64,000 bases of DNA, from positions 509-64,508 of the forward strand of contig CAZDXQ010000016.1 in assembly GCA_964509545.1 (NCBI GenBank). Reading direction: 5' to 3'. Origin of the DNA: an uncultured Burkholderiaceae bacterium. GTDB taxonomy: Bacteria > Pseudomonadota > Gammaproteobacteria > Burkholderiales > Burkholderiaceae_F. Below the pieces are notes generated by a model. That model was not told where the DNA came from. It ran no database searches and saw only the letters and a program-made list of their open reading frames with translations. The translations under genes were made by a program, and so were the position numbers. Positions 1 to 10,124 of the stretch are shown one piece after another (the stretch's first letter is position 1; each line of letters begins with the position of its first letter).

Positions 1-954
1 CGCGCCCGTCTCCTTCAGCTTGGCCTTGATCAGCGAGTGACCAGTGCGCCACATCGTCGGCCGGCCGCCATGCGCCGCGATCTCGCGCGCCAGGTGTCGT
101 GAGCACTTCACATCGAAGATGATCTCGGCGCCCGGGTTCTTTTCGAGCACGCCGCGGGCGAACAGCATCATCTGCCGGTCAGGGTAGATGATGTTGCCGT
201 CCTTGGTCACCACGCCGAGACGGTCACCGTCGCCGTCGAAAGCCAGGCCGATCTCGGCATCGGTCTCGCGCAGGCAGCGGATCAGATCCTGCAGGTTCTC
301 CGGGTGCGCGGGGTCGGGATGATGGTTGGGGAAGCTGCCGTCGACTTCGCAGAACAGTTCGATCACATCGCAGCCGAGCATGCGGTACAGCGCCGGCGCG
401 AAGGCGCCGGCGACACCGTTGCCGCAGTCCACGGCGATCTTCAGCCGCCGCGCCAGCTTCACATCGGCGCCGATGCGCTGCAAATACGCTTCGCGGACGT
501 CGGCGCTGCGCAGCGTGCCGTGCCGGTCGGCACGAGGCAGCGTGTCGCCGTCGATGCGCCGCTTCAGCCTCTGGATCGATTCGCCGTAAAGCGTTGCGCC
601 GCCGAGCACCATCTTCAGGCCGTTGTACTCCGGCGGGTTGTGGCTGCCGGTGATCTCCACGCCGGATCCGGTGCCCAGCAGATGGGTCGAGAAATACAGC
701 AACGGTGTGGCCACCATGCCGACGTCGACCACGCCGGTGCCTGTCGAGCGGATGCCCTCGACCAGTGCGTCGCGCAGTTTCGGCCCCGACAGGCGGCCAT
801 CGCGGCCGACCACGATCTCGCGCACGCCCAGCGCCAGCGCCTCGGCCCCGAGCGCGGCGCCGATGAGCCGAACCGCTTCGGAGGTCAGCGTGCGATCGAC
901 GATGCCGCGGATGTCGTAGGCCTTGAACAGGGAAGCGTCGATGACGGCGTTCAT
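1..954 (-). CDS. phosphomannomutase/phosphoglucomutase (alpha-D-phosphohexomutase). N-terminal ~318 codons only; the 3' end lies beyond the window start
   Basis: Own translation of the minus strand from ATG (952-954): MNAVIDASLFKAYDIRGIVDRTL. It contains VEITGSHNPPEYNGLKM (TGSHNP phosphoserine loop) and LAFDGDGDRLGVV (metal-binding DGDGDR). Absent from the ORF track because it is open at the window edge. Confidence 0.9.
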   Translation of the reverse strand, partial: MNAVIDASLFKAYDIRGIVDRTLTSEAVRLIGAALGAEALALGVREIVVGRDGRLSGPKLRDALVEGIRSTGTGVVDVGMVATPLLYFSTHLLGTGSGVEITGSHNPPEYNGLKMVLGGATLYGESIQRLKRRIDGDTLPRADRHGTLRSADVREAYLQRIGADVKLARRLKIAVDCGNGVAGAFAPALYRMLGCDVIELFCEVDGSFPNHHPDPAHPENLQDLIRCLRETDAEIGLAFDGDGDRLGVVTKDGNIIYPDRQMMLFARGVLEKNPGAEIIFDVKCSRHLAREIAAHGGRPTMWRTGHSLIKAKLKETGA

Positions 955-1144
955 GGTCGGGAAGGCGAGAGGGCTGGCGATCGGTCACGGCTGCAACGTG
1001 CAGACGCTTCACCGCCAGCCGTATTACGACGATTGTACGGTGGCCATCGGGTGTTGCCGCGAGGACCATCGGCGATAATCGCGCGGCCGCCTCCGTCGAG
1101 GCCGCGGCGCGGCAACGCCGAAAACAATTCCCGAGGGAAAGCAC

Positions 1145-2572
1145 ATGCTTGCGGTGATTCTGTCCGGCGGCTCGGGCACCCGGCTCTGGCCGGTGTCGCG
1201 CGAGGCGTTGCCCAAGCCGTTCATGCGGCTGGGCAACGGCGCCTCGCTGCTGCAGAGAACGGTTGCGCGCGCCGTCGCTGCCGGCTGCCGCGACTGCCTG
1301 GTCGTCACCAATCGCGAGTACGCCTTCCGCACCGGCGAGGAAGTCGAGGCGATGCGCGGCAATGCGCCGCGTTCGACGCAACTGCTGCTCGAGCCGATCG
1401 GACGCAACACGGCGCCTGCCATCGCCGCCGCGGCGCTGTGGGCTGCCACCAACGGCCAGGCCGACGAACCGCTGCTGGTGCTGCCGGCCGACCATCTGAT
1501 CCAGGACGAAACGCGCTTCGCCATGCTGGCGGCGCAGGCGCGCGAACTGGCGCTGGCCGGCCGAATCGTGCTGTTCGGCATCCGGCCGACGATGCCGGAG
1601 ACCGGCTTCGGTTACCTGGAGTGCGGCGCGGCCGATGCCGATGGCGCCGCGCCAGTCATGCGCTTCGTCGAGAAGCCTGACGTCGCCAAGGCCACCGAAT
1701 ACCTCGCCTCCGGCCGCTTCCTCTGGAACAGCGGCATGTTCTGCTTTACGCCGGCGACGATCATCGGCGCGCTCGGCAACCTGGCCGGCGACGTGCTGGC
1801 CGCAGCCCGCGACGCGCTGGCGTCGGCCAAGGCCGATGCCAAGTTTCCGCAGCGGCTGGAGCTCGACCGCGCCGCCTTCGAGCAGGCGCCGAACATCTCG
1901 ATCGACTACGCCGTGATCGAGCGGGCGGAGAACGTCGTCGCGCTGCCCGGCGACTTCGGCTGGAGCGACATCGGCTCATGGAAGGCCGTGGCGCAGGAAC
2001 TGCCGGCCGATGCCGCCGGCAACACTGTCAGCGGCGAAGTCATGCTCGCCGACTGCAGCAACACCCACGTGCAGAGCGAAGACCGGCTGGTGGCGGCGGT
2101 CGGCCTGCGCGACGTGGTGATCGTCGATACCGCCGACGCGCTGCTGGTGTGCGACCGCAATTCGACGCAGAAGGTCAAGGACGTCGTCGTCGAACTGAAG
2201 CGCCGCGACCACGAGGCGCACCGGCTGCACCGCACGGTGGCGCGCCCCTGGGGCACCTACACGACGCTGCAGGAAGGACCGCGCTTCAAGATCAAGCGCA
2301 TCGAAGTCAAGCCCGGCGCCTCGCTGTCGCTGCAGATGCACCACCATCGAAGCGAGCACTGGGTGGTCGTCAGCGGCACCGCACGGGTATCGGTCGGCGG
2401 CAAGGAGGTGCTGCTGGCGCCCAATGAATCGACCTACGTCCCGGTCGGCAGCCAGCACCGGCTCGAAAACCCGGGCCGAATGCCGCTGACGCTGATCGAG
2501 GTGCAGTGCGGCGACTACGTCGGCGAAGACGACATCGTGCGCTTCGACGACAAGTACGGGCGCACCGGCTGA
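1145..2572 (+). CDS. manC: mannose-1-phosphate guanylyltransferase / mannose-6-phosphate isomerase (GDP-mannose synthesis)
   Basis: 475-aa ORF. N-terminal nucleotidyltransferase loop MLAVILSGGSGTRLWPVSR. C-terminal cupin/PMI part QMHHHRSEHWVVVSGTA...YVPVGSQHRLENPG. Divergent from the PMM/PGM gene. Confidence 0.93.
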   Translation: MLAVILSGGSGTRLWPVSREALPKPFMRLGNGASLLQRTVARAVAAGCRDCLVVTNREYAFRTGEEVEAMRGNAPRSTQLLLEPIGRNTAPAIAAAALWAATNGQADEPLLVLPADHLIQDETRFAMLAAQARELALAGRIVLFGIRPTMPETGFGYLECGAADADGAAPVMRFVEKPDVAKATEYLASGRFLWNSGMFCFTPATIIGALGNLAGDVLAAARDALASAKADAKFPQRLELDRAAFEQAPNISIDYAVIERAENVVALPGDFGWSDIGSWKAVAQELPADAAGNTVSGEVMLADCSNTHVQSEDRLVAAVGLRDVVIVDTADALLVCDRNSTQKVKDVVVELKRRDHEAHRLHRTVARPWGTYTTLQEGPRFKIKRIEVKPGASLSLQMHHHRSEHWVVVSGTARVSVGGKEVLLAPNESTYVPVGSQHRLENPGRMPLTLIEVQCGDYVGEDDIVRFDDKYGRTG

Positions 2573-2577
2573 GCCAC

Positions 2578-4080
2578 ATGGACATCACCTCGACCGGAGC
2601 CTGGCAGGCGCTGCAGCGGCATCGCGACGCGCTGTCGGCCTTCCGCCTGGATGCAGCGCTGCGCGACGATCCGGGCCGCGCGCGCACGTGGCGCTACGAC
2701 GCGGCCGGTGTCGAAGTCGACCTGTCGCGCAACCTCGCCACTGCGGACACCTGGCCGCTGCTACGCGCACTCGCCGATGCGGCCGAACTGCCCCGCTGGC
2801 GCGAGCAACTGTTTTCGGGTCGCCCGATCAACAACACCGAGCACCGCCCCGCCTGGCACACGGCGCTGCGTACAGCCGTCGCCGATGGCGCGGTGGCGCG
2901 GCAGGTCGACGAGGATCGCCGGCGCATGCTCGATCTTGCGGAGCGGCTGCGCGCCGGCGCGGTGCGGGGCGCCACGGGCGAGCCGATCGACACCGTGATC
3001 TGCATCGGCATCGGCGGCTCCGACCTCGGCCCGCGGCTGGTGACGACCGCGCTCGGCGAGGCGTCCGGGCCGATCCGGCTGCACTTCGTCAGCAACATCG
3101 ATCCGGTCGAGCTCGACCTTGCCCTGGCGCAGGCCAGGCCGGAGTCGACGCTCTTCGTCGCCATTTCCAAGAGCTTCACGACGCTGGAGACGCTGGAGAA
3201 CACGCGCGCCGCCCTCGCCTGGATGAAATCCAGGGCGCCTGGGCTCGACCTCCGGCGGCACCTGGCCGCGATCACCAGTCAGAGCGAGCGGGCGCAGGCC
3301 TTCGGCGCCGACGCCGGGCAGATCTTCAACTTTGCCGACTGGGTCGGCGGCCGCTATTCGGTGTGGTCGGCCTGCGGCCTGCCCATCGCCATCGCCCACG
3401 GTGCCGCGGCGTTCAATGACCTGCTGCGAGGCGCCTCGGCACTGGACCGGCATTTCGCCGACGCTCCGGCCGAGCGCAACGTGCCGCTGCTGCTCGGTCT
3501 GCTGGGCGCCTGGTACGTGAACTTCTGGGGCTGCCGCACGCGCGCGGTGATGCCCTATGCGCAGCGGCTGCGCCACCTGCCGGCCTACCTGCAGCAGCTC
3601 GAGATGGAAAGCAACGGCAAGCGCGTCGATCGCGACGGCACGCCGCTGGGATACGACACCTCGCCGGTGGTCTGGGGCGAAGCGGGCACCACGGCACAGC
3701 ACAGCGTGTTCCAGTTCCTGCACCAGGGCACCTTTTTCTCGCCCGTCGATTTCGTCACCTGCGCGGCCTTCGAGAGCTCGGCCGAGAAGCGCGAGCGCCT
3801 GCTGTACGCCAATGCCCTGGCGCAGGCCGACGCGCTGGCACTGGGCGAGGCGGCCCTGAAATCTGCGAACGGCCAGAAGCCCGCTTACGCGATCGTGCCC
3901 GGCAACCGGCCGAGCACGTTCATCACCTTGCCGCGCATCGACGCCCACGCGATCGGCGCGCTGCTGGCGATGTACGAGCACCGCACGTTCGTGCAGGGCG
4001 TGCTCTGGCAGATCAACAGCTTCGATCAATGGGGCGTGGAGATCGGCAAGCAGTTGCTCAAGCAACGGCTGGCCGACTGA
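2578..4080 (+). CDS. pgi: glucose-6-phosphate isomerase
   Basis: ORF 2506..4080. Start moved to ATG 2578 (codon 25, [12 protein letters not shown]), 6 nt after the manC stop. PGI motifs [30 protein letters not shown]. Confidence 0.93.
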   Translation: MDITSTGAWQALQRHRDALSAFRLDAALRDDPGRARTWRYDAAGVEVDLSRNLATADTWPLLRALADAAELPRWREQLFSGRPINNTEHRPAWHTALRTAVADGAVARQVDEDRRRMLDLAERLRAGAVRGATGEPIDTVICIGIGGSDLGPRLVTTALGEASGPIRLHFVSNIDPVELDLALAQARPESTLFVAISKSFTTLETLENTRAALAWMKSRAPGLDLRRHLAAITSQSERAQAFGADAGQIFNFADWVGGRYSVWSACGLPIAIAHGAAAFNDLLRGASALDRHFADAPAERNVPLLLGLLGAWYVNFWGCRTRAVMPYAQRLRHLPAYLQQLEMESNGKRVDRDGTPLGYDTSPVVWGEAGTTAQHSVFQFLHQGTFFSPVDFVTCAAFESSAEKRERLLYANALAQADALALGEAALKSANGQKPAYAIVPGNRPSTFITLPRIDAHAIGALLAMYEHRTFVQGVLWQINSFDQWGVEIGKQLLKQRLAD

Positions 4081-4106
4081 CGCAGGGCGCGAGGAAGGAC
4101 ACGAGG

Positions 4107-4949
4107 ATGAGCGTGAAGCGAGTGCGCAAGGCAGTGTTCCCGGCGGCCGGCTTCGGCACGCGCTTCCTGCCGGCCACCAAGGCCATGCCGAAGGAGATGA
4201 TGCCGGTGGTGGACAAGCCGCTGATCCAGTACGCGGTCGAGGAGGCGGCCGAGGCGGGCATCGAGCAGATGATCATCATCACCGGCCGCAACAAGCGCGC
4301 GATCGAGGACCACTTCGACCGCGTGCCGGAGCTGGAGCAGGAACTGCTCGCCAAGGGCAAGCGCGATCTATACGAGGCGCTGCACTCGGCGACGCCGAAC
4401 GGCGTCAGCTTCGTCTTCATCCGCCAGCCCGAGCAGCTCGGCCTGGGCCACGCGGTGCTGTGCGCGCAGCCTGTGGTCGGCGACGAACCCTTCGCCGTGA
4501 TCCTTGCCGACGACCTGATCGATGCGCAGCCGGGCGTGACCCGCCAGCTCGTGGGCGCGTACGAGAAGCACCGCGCCTCGGTCCTTGCCGTGCAGGACGT
4601 GCCGCTGGCCGAGACCTCGCGCTACGGCATCGTTGCCGCCACGCCGCTGGATGGCGCCACGGAGCGCGTGACCGGCATGGTCGAGAAGCCGAAGCCGAGC
4701 GAAGCGCCGTCGACGCTCGCGGTCGTCGGCCGCTACGTGCTGCGCCCAGAGATCTTCGACGAACTCGCGACCACCGAGCGCGGCAGCGGCGGCGAGATCC
4801 AGCTCACCGACGCCATCGCCCGCCGCATCCGTCACGGCGAGGTGCTCGCGCACCGCTTCAGCGGCACCCGCTTCGACTGCGGCAACAAGGACGGCTTCCT
4901 CGCCGCGAACATCGCCTTTGCGCGCAAGCAGGGTCTGCTGCGGGAGTAA
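4107..4949 (+). CDS. galU: UTP--glucose-1-phosphate uridylyltransferase
   Basis: ORF 4029..4949. Start at ATG 4107 ([42 protein letters not shown]). Later VEKPKP motif. Typical GalU length (~280 aa). Confidence 0.93.
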   Translation: MSVKRVRKAVFPAAGFGTRFLPATKAMPKEMMPVVDKPLIQYAVEEAAEAGIEQMIIITGRNKRAIEDHFDRVPELEQELLAKGKRDLYEALHSATPNGVSFVFIRQPEQLGLGHAVLCAQPVVGDEPFAVILADDLIDAQPGVTRQLVGAYEKHRASVLAVQDVPLAETSRYGIVAATPLDGATERVTGMVEKPKPSEAPSTLAVVGRYVLRPEIFDELATTERGSGGEIQLTDAIARRIRHGEVLAHRFSGTRFDCGNKDGFLAANIAFARKQGLLRE

Positions 4950-5184
4950 CTCGGGTCCGGAACACGCCGTCCCGTTCTCGCCTAATCGCGCGATCGCGGT
5001 AACCGACCGACGCTGCAGTTCCAGCGGCTCAGCGCGCCGATTCGTCCGTGCGCATGAAACGCGCGCGTGTGATTATTCAGCTCGCACGGGTTGATAGAAT
5101 CTGCTGCAATTGCACACGGGCTCGGGAACAAAGAGCCTCGGCGGGCCACTTCGGGCCGCGCCGCTCGACAAGGCAAGTACCCTG

Positions 5185-6462
5185 ATGACTGAATCTGCGC
5201 GGAATGCCGCTTCCGATGTACGGCTCATCGCGTTTTACCTCCCGCAGTTCCACCCGACGCCCGAGAACGACCGCTGGTGGGGCAAAGGCTTCACCGAGTG
5301 GACGAACGTCACCAAGGCGAGGCCGCTGTACGAAGGGCACTACCAGCCGCACCTGCCGACGGACTTGGGCTTCTACGACCTGCGCGTCCGTGAGACCCGC
5401 CACGAGCAGATCGAACTGGCGAAGCAGTATGGCATCGACGGCTTCTGCTTTCACTACTACTGGTTCTCCGGAACACGGCTGCTGTACAAGCCGCTCGACG
5501 ACATGCTCGCCGATCCGGAGAGCGACATGCCCTTCGCGCTGTGCTGGGCCAATGAAACCTGGACGCGTCGCTGGGATGCGGCAGAGCACGACATCCTCAT
5601 CGAGCAGAAGTATCTGTCGGGCGATGACCTGAAGTTCATTCAGAGCGTCGAACCCTTCCTGCGCGATCGGCGTTACATCCGTATCGGCGGCAGGCCCTTG
5701 CTCGTCGTCTATCGCCCGCAGGCGATTCCAGACCCGGCCGGATGGGCCGAAACGTGGCGCAAGCACTGCCGCGAGGCCGGCATCGGCGAGATCCATATCT
5801 GCGGCGCGCTGACCCACGGCAACAAGTCGGTCATGCGCTACGGCTACGACAGCGCCGTCGAGTATCCGCCGCATCACGCCTGGGCGCCGAGCAAGAACCT
5901 GCAGCTCGACTTCGACGAGCCTTTTTCCGGCAACACGCTGGACTATCCCGAGGTCGCCGACGCCTACCTCACGCACAAGTTTCCTGACGAGGTCGTCTTC
6001 CGCAGCGTCGTCCCATCGTGGGACAACACCGCGCGCACCAACTCCCGAGCGACGGTCTTTCTGAACGGCACTCCCGGCAACTACGAGGTCTGGCTGGCGC
6101 GCGCCGTCGATCGCACATTGCGCGAGCGGCCGCACGGCGAGCGGCTGGTCTTCATCAATGCCTGGAATGAGTGGGCCGAGGGCTGCCATCTCGAACCGGA
6201 TCGCAAGTTCGGCCGCGGCTTCCTCGAAGCCACGCTGCGCGTCAAGCAGGGCACGTCGGTCAGAAAGGACTTTCCTGATCGCCTGGTTCGTCAACCACGG
6301 CAGGAAGTTCGGCGCCGGCAGAGCCGCGGGCTCGTCGAAACGATGCGCTACCACGCCCTGCTGCGAATCGGACCCATGCGTGTCTGGTTCAACAAGCATC
6401 CGTGGCTCAGAGCGCTTGCCCTGAAGCTGATCCGCCTGACGCGATTCAGCCGGCAGTTCTGA
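5185..6462 (+). CDS. WbsX-like glycosyltransferase / GH99-like domain protein (polysaccharide biosynthesis)
   Basis: ORF 5110..6462. Start at ATG 5185. Hallmark N-terminus IAFYLPQFHPTPENDRWWGKGFTEWTNVTKARPLYEGHYQPHLP, as I remember it for the WbsX family. Confidence 0.72.
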   Translation: MTESARNAASDVRLIAFYLPQFHPTPENDRWWGKGFTEWTNVTKARPLYEGHYQPHLPTDLGFYDLRVRETRHEQIELAKQYGIDGFCFHYYWFSGTRLLYKPLDDMLADPESDMPFALCWANETWTRRWDAAEHDILIEQKYLSGDDLKFIQSVEPFLRDRRYIRIGGRPLLVVYRPQAIPDPAGWAETWRKHCREAGIGEIHICGALTHGNKSVMRYGYDSAVEYPPHHAWAPSKNLQLDFDEPFSGNTLDYPEVADAYLTHKFPDEVVFRSVVPSWDNTARTNSRATVFLNGTPGNYEVWLARAVDRTLRERPHGERLVFINAWNEWAEGCHLEPDRKFGRGFLEATLRVKQGTSVRKDFPDRLVRQPRQEVRRRQSRGLVETMRYHALLRIGPMRVWFNKHPWLRALALKLIRLTRFSRQF

Positions 6463-6635
6463 ACTCCGCGCTGAGCAAGCGCGTCCGTGCGCCACTGATT
6501 GCGTTGGCTGGATAGCCGTGCCGGCCTGATCGCCCGCCGCCGCGCGGCGCCTTCGAACGGACCGCCAGCGTTCGGCGTCCGGGATCTTCGAGCGAACTGC
6601 CGGTGGAACTCCGTCGAATGAGCACGGCGAGGTGA

Positions 6636-7376
6636 CTACAGCCGTGTCCTGACGAACAGCCGCTCCGGCACATGCTTTATCACGAGCATGATCCAGCGCC
6701 AGAACCATGGCGTGTACACCGCACCAAAGCCGCCTTCGAGCGCCCGGTCGATGTCGGCCGCAACCCTCTCCGGCGTCGCCCATAGCGGTCCCTTGGCAAA
6801 CGACGCCGTCATCGGCGTGTCAACGAAGCCCGGGAGGATCGTCACCACGCGCACGCCCTTGCGTGCGAGTCGGTGCCGCAAACCGCTGGCGAAATTGGTC
6901 ACCGCAGCTTTGGCCGCCCCGTAGACGTAATTGCTGGCGCGACCGCGATCGCCGGCCGGCGAAGAGATCACCCCGATTGCGCCGGTGCCCTGGCGTTCAA
7001 ACCGGTTGGCCAGGTCAGTGAGCAACGCCAGTACCGACCGCGCATTCGTGTCAAACGATGCCAGCGCCGCCGCCGCACTCCGCTCGCACTCGTCCTGCTC
7101 AGGCAGCACGCCATGCGCGATCAGCACATGGTCGAAGGCCCCGAAGCGTTGCCACGCCGCATCGAGACAGGCGGCATGCCGGGCAATGTCGTTGGCATCG
7201 AGGACCCACGTCTCGACCTCGGCGGCGCCGCGCACGCGCAGGTCGGCCGCCAACGCCTCGAGCGCTCCTGCGCGCCGACCGACGAGACCGATGCGCGCGG
7301 CGCGCTCCGCATAGCGGCGTGCCACTGCCGTGGCGATCATCGAAGTCGCGCCAACAATTAGCAGTCGTTCGTTCAT
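6636..7376 (-). CDS. short-chain dehydrogenase, DprE2-like (polyprenylphospho-2-keto-pentofuranose 2-reductase)
   Basis: SDR Rossmann N-terminus MNERLLIVGATSMIATAVARRY, then YGAAKAAV (YxxxK). Sits 4 nt downstream of the DprE1-like gene, as dprE1-dprE2 are arranged in mycobacteria. Confidence 0.72.
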   Translation of the reverse strand: MNERLLIVGATSMIATAVARRYAERAARIGLVGRRAGALEALAADLRVRGAAEVETWVLDANDIARHAACLDAAWQRFGAFDHVLIAHGVLPEQDECERSAAAALASFDTNARSVLALLTDLANRFERQGTGAIGVISSPAGDRGRASNYVYGAAKAAVTNFASGLRHRLARKGVRVVTILPGFVDTPMTASFAKGPLWATPERVAADIDRALEGGFGAVYTPWFWRWIMLVIKHVPERLFVRTRL

Positions 7377-7380
7377 CACC

Positions 7381-8691
7381 TCAGGAACCGAGAAGGCGGC
7401 GCGACATCGCCGATGACAGGCCCGGATCGCGATAGCGCAGGAACTCTGGCAGCCGCGGATAACCGCATTCCAGCAGTTCGCGCGGCATGCAGGCGTCCTT
7501 GGCCGGATACAGGCGCCCGCCGGCGTCGCGCACGATGACGTTCAGGCGATCGAACAGCCTCAGCGTCCGCTCACCGCCGTTGGGAAAATCCAGCGCCAAC
7601 GTGGTTCCAGGCATCGGGAAGCTCAACATGCCCGGCGCCGGTCGGTCGCCAAAGGTCTTCAGCACGGCGAGGAACGAACCCAGCCCCGATGCCGCGATCT
7701 CGCGCAACATGCTGCGCGTGGCGTCGAGCGCCACCGCCGCGGGCACGACGCTCTGAAACTGGTAGAAGCCGCGCGGCCCGTACATGCGGTTCCACTCCAG
7801 CAGGTTATCGAGCGGGAAGAAGAACGGCACAAAGTGCTGCTCGCCGCGGCCGCGCTTGAGCTTCTGCGTCGCGTAGTACATGCGATTGAAGATGCGCAGC
7901 GACAGGCCGTTGACCAGCGACACCGGCGGTGTCAGCGGAAAGGTCCGCAGTCGCCGAGGCTGGACGTGATCGCGTCGCGCCGAATGATTGCCCTGGAAGA
8001 ACACGCCCCGTCCGCGTCCCCCGCTCAGGCAGTCGATCCACGACACCGTGTACTCGTAACCGGACCTCGCCGCGACCGAGAGTTCGAAGAACTGTTCGAG
8101 CGAGTCGAACGGGATTGTCTCCGCATCGAGCCACGGCCCTTCGACCCGCCTGAGCCGCAGCCGCGCGCGCGTGATGATCCCGGTCAGGCCCAACCCGCCG
8201 ACGGTAGCCTCGAACCATTCACGGTTCTCCCGCGGCGAGCAGCTCATCATGCTGCCGTCGGTGCGAAGCAGATCGAAGTCCAGCACGTGTTCGCCGAAAC
8301 TGCCGGCCACGTGATGCGCTTTGCCGTGCACGTCGTTGGCGATCGCACCGCCGACGGTGATGAACTGCGTGCCCGGCACCACCGGCGGGAACCATCCGCG
8401 CGGCAGCGCCAAGTCGATGATTTCCTTCAGCAGTACCCCGGCCTCGCAATCGACGACCCCGGCCTCGGCATCGAAGGCGATGAATCGGTCCAGCCCCCGC
8501 GCCTTCCACAGAGTGCCGCCCGGGTTCAGGCAGACATCACCGTAACTGCGGCCGTTGCCGAACACGATCCCCGGAAGCGCCGAGGCGCGAACCACCTCGG
8601 CCACCCGATGGCGGTCGTGCAGGGCCACCACGCGATGCCCGTCGCGCGCCAGCCGTCCCCACGAGACCACCGGCTGCAGCGCGTCGTTCAC
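7381..8691 (-). CDS. FAD-linked oxidase, DprE1-like (polyprenylphosphoryl-beta-D-ribose 2'-oxidase)
   Basis: ORF 7381..8703. GTG at 8691 gives a GTGA overlap with the upstream stop. Motifs GNGRSYGD, PGTQFITVGGAIANDVHGKAHHVAGSFGEHV and TVGGLGLTGII match my memory of DprE1 (Rv3790). Confidence 0.82.
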   Translation of the reverse strand: MNDALQPVVSWGRLARDGHRVVALHDRHRVAEVVRASALPGIVFGNGRSYGDVCLNPGGTLWKARGLDRFIAFDAEAGVVDCEAGVLLKEIIDLALPRGWFPPVVPGTQFITVGGAIANDVHGKAHHVAGSFGEHVLDFDLLRTDGSMMSCSPRENREWFEATVGGLGLTGIITRARLRLRRVEGPWLDAETIPFDSLEQFFELSVAARSGYEYTVSWIDCLSGGRGRGVFFQGNHSARRDHVQPRRLRTFPLTPPVSLVNGLSLRIFNRMYYATQKLKRGRGEQHFVPFFFPLDNLLEWNRMYGPRGFYQFQSVVPAAVALDATRSMLREIAASGLGSFLAVLKTFGDRPAPGMLSFPMPGTTLALDFPNGGERTLRLFDRLNVIVRDAGGRLYPAKDACMPRELLECGYPRLPEFLRYRDPGLSSAMSRRLLGS

Positions 8692-10124
8692 GCTGCCGCC
8701 CACATCACTGCAAGAAACAGGACGCCGGCCAGGATGCTGATCCAGTCCTTCAGGGCAAACAACACCGGATCATCGTGCATCAGGCCCCTGTGTGTCTTGA
8801 TCCAGATGCGCGTGATCCAGTACAGCAGAATCGGCACCGTCAGCCACATCACTTCCGGCTGGCGGTACAGCAACACCACCGACTCGCCATTGATGTACAG
8901 CGCCAGCACCAGCACGGCCGCGAAGCCCGAGACAATACCGACCGTCTGGATCAGTGGCAGATCGTCGGTCCTATAGCCCCGCCCCCTGGCCTCATCCCTT
9001 CCGGACGCGAGCATCACCTGCAGTTCGGAATAGCGCTTGACGAAAGCGAGACTCAGGAAGAGAAACAGCGAGAACGCCAGCAGCCAGAACGACGGCGCCA
9101 GGGCGACCGCGGCGCCGCCGGCAATGATCCGCAGCGTGTACAGCGCCGCCAGCGACAGCGCATCGACGATCTCTTTGCGCTTGAGCCAGAACGTGTAGAC
9201 GAGCGTGACGGCGAAGTAGACGAGCAGCCAGACCAGGAACGCCGTCGCGACCCACCATGCCGTTGCCAGCGACGCCACCAGCAGCACCGCCGCCACGGCT
9301 ACTCCCGCCAGCGGCGACAGCAAGCCGCGGGCGAACGGTCGCAGCCGCTTGCGCGGATGATGGCGATCGCTTTCAAGGTCGATCAGGTCGTTGACGATGT
9401 AGACGGACGAAGCGCAGAAGCCGAAGGCAAAGAAGGCAACGATCGCCTTAGCCAGCAGCGGCGGCTCGAAGATCTGGTGCGCGCCGAGCAGCGGCAGGAA
9501 CAGCAGCAGATTCTTCAGCCACTGGTGCAGGCGCAGCGCCTTGATCCACGCGCGCAGTCCGGCCCGCGGTCCGCCGAACTCCCGTTCGACCTCGGTTCGC
9601 TCGGCAGCGGCCCGCCGCACGCTGGCCGGCGCGGAGACGACGATCGCCCTTCGCGCGCGTTCCCACACCGGCAGGTCGTCGTGCGAATTGCCAGCGTAAT
9701 CGAAGCCTCGCTCGCCGAACTTCTCCACCAGCAGCGCCGCCTTGCGGTGCGCCGAACGGTTGACCTCGCCATCGCTGGCGATCACTTCGTCGAACAGCCC
9801 AAGGTGTGCCGACACGGCGCGCGCCACCTTCTCATCGGCAGCAGTGGCCAGCACGAGGCGTCGCCCGCGCTCGCGTTCGGCTTCAAGCCATGCCACAAGT
9901 TCGTCGTGAAACGGCATGCCGTCCACGTCCAGATCCACGCGCCGCGCGATCTCGCGCTTCAATCGCGCCTTGCCGCCGGCCAGCCACAGCGGCAGGCTGA
10001 ACGCACGATGCGGGCTCGCGCGCAGCAGCAGCAGCGTGGACTCATGCAGGCTGTCGGTGACCAACAGCGTGCCGTCGAGGTCGACGACAAGCGGCACGTC
10101 AGCGGCGGTGTGGCGATCGTTCAT
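8688..10124 (-). CDS. fusion protein: N-terminal HAD-IB phosphatase domain + UbiA-family polyprenyl-phosphate 5-phosphoribosyltransferase (Rv3806c-like)
   Basis: Start at codon 260 of ORF 8688..10901 (ATG 10124, ATGA overlap with the upstream gene). HAD motif I VVDLDGTLL. UbiA part LRLHQWLKNLLLFLPLLGAHQ and NDLIDLESDRHHPRKRLRPFARG (NDxxDxxxD...RP.A.G). Multiple TM helices. Confidence 0.83.
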   Translation of the reverse strand: MNDRHTAADVPLVVDLDGTLLVTDSLHESTLLLLRASPHRAFSLPLWLAGGKARLKREIARRVDLDVDGMPFHDELVAWLEAERERGRRLVLATAADEKVARAVSAHLGLFDEVIASDGEVNRSAHRKAALLVEKFGERGFDYAGNSHDDLPVWERARRAIVVSAPASVRRAAAERTEVEREFGGPRAGLRAWIKALRLHQWLKNLLLFLPLLGAHQIFEPPLLAKAIVAFFAFGFCASSVYIVNDLIDLESDRHHPRKRLRPFARGLLSPLAGVAVAAVLLVASLATAWWVATAFLVWLLVYFAVTLVYTFWLKRKEIVDALSLAALYTLRIIAGGAAVALAPSFWLLAFSLFLFLSLAFVKRYSELQVMLASGRDEARGRGYRTDDLPLIQTVGIVSGFAAVLVLALYINGESVVLLYRQPEVMWLTVPILLYWITRIWIKTHRGLMHDDPVLFALKDWISILAGVLFLAVMWAAA

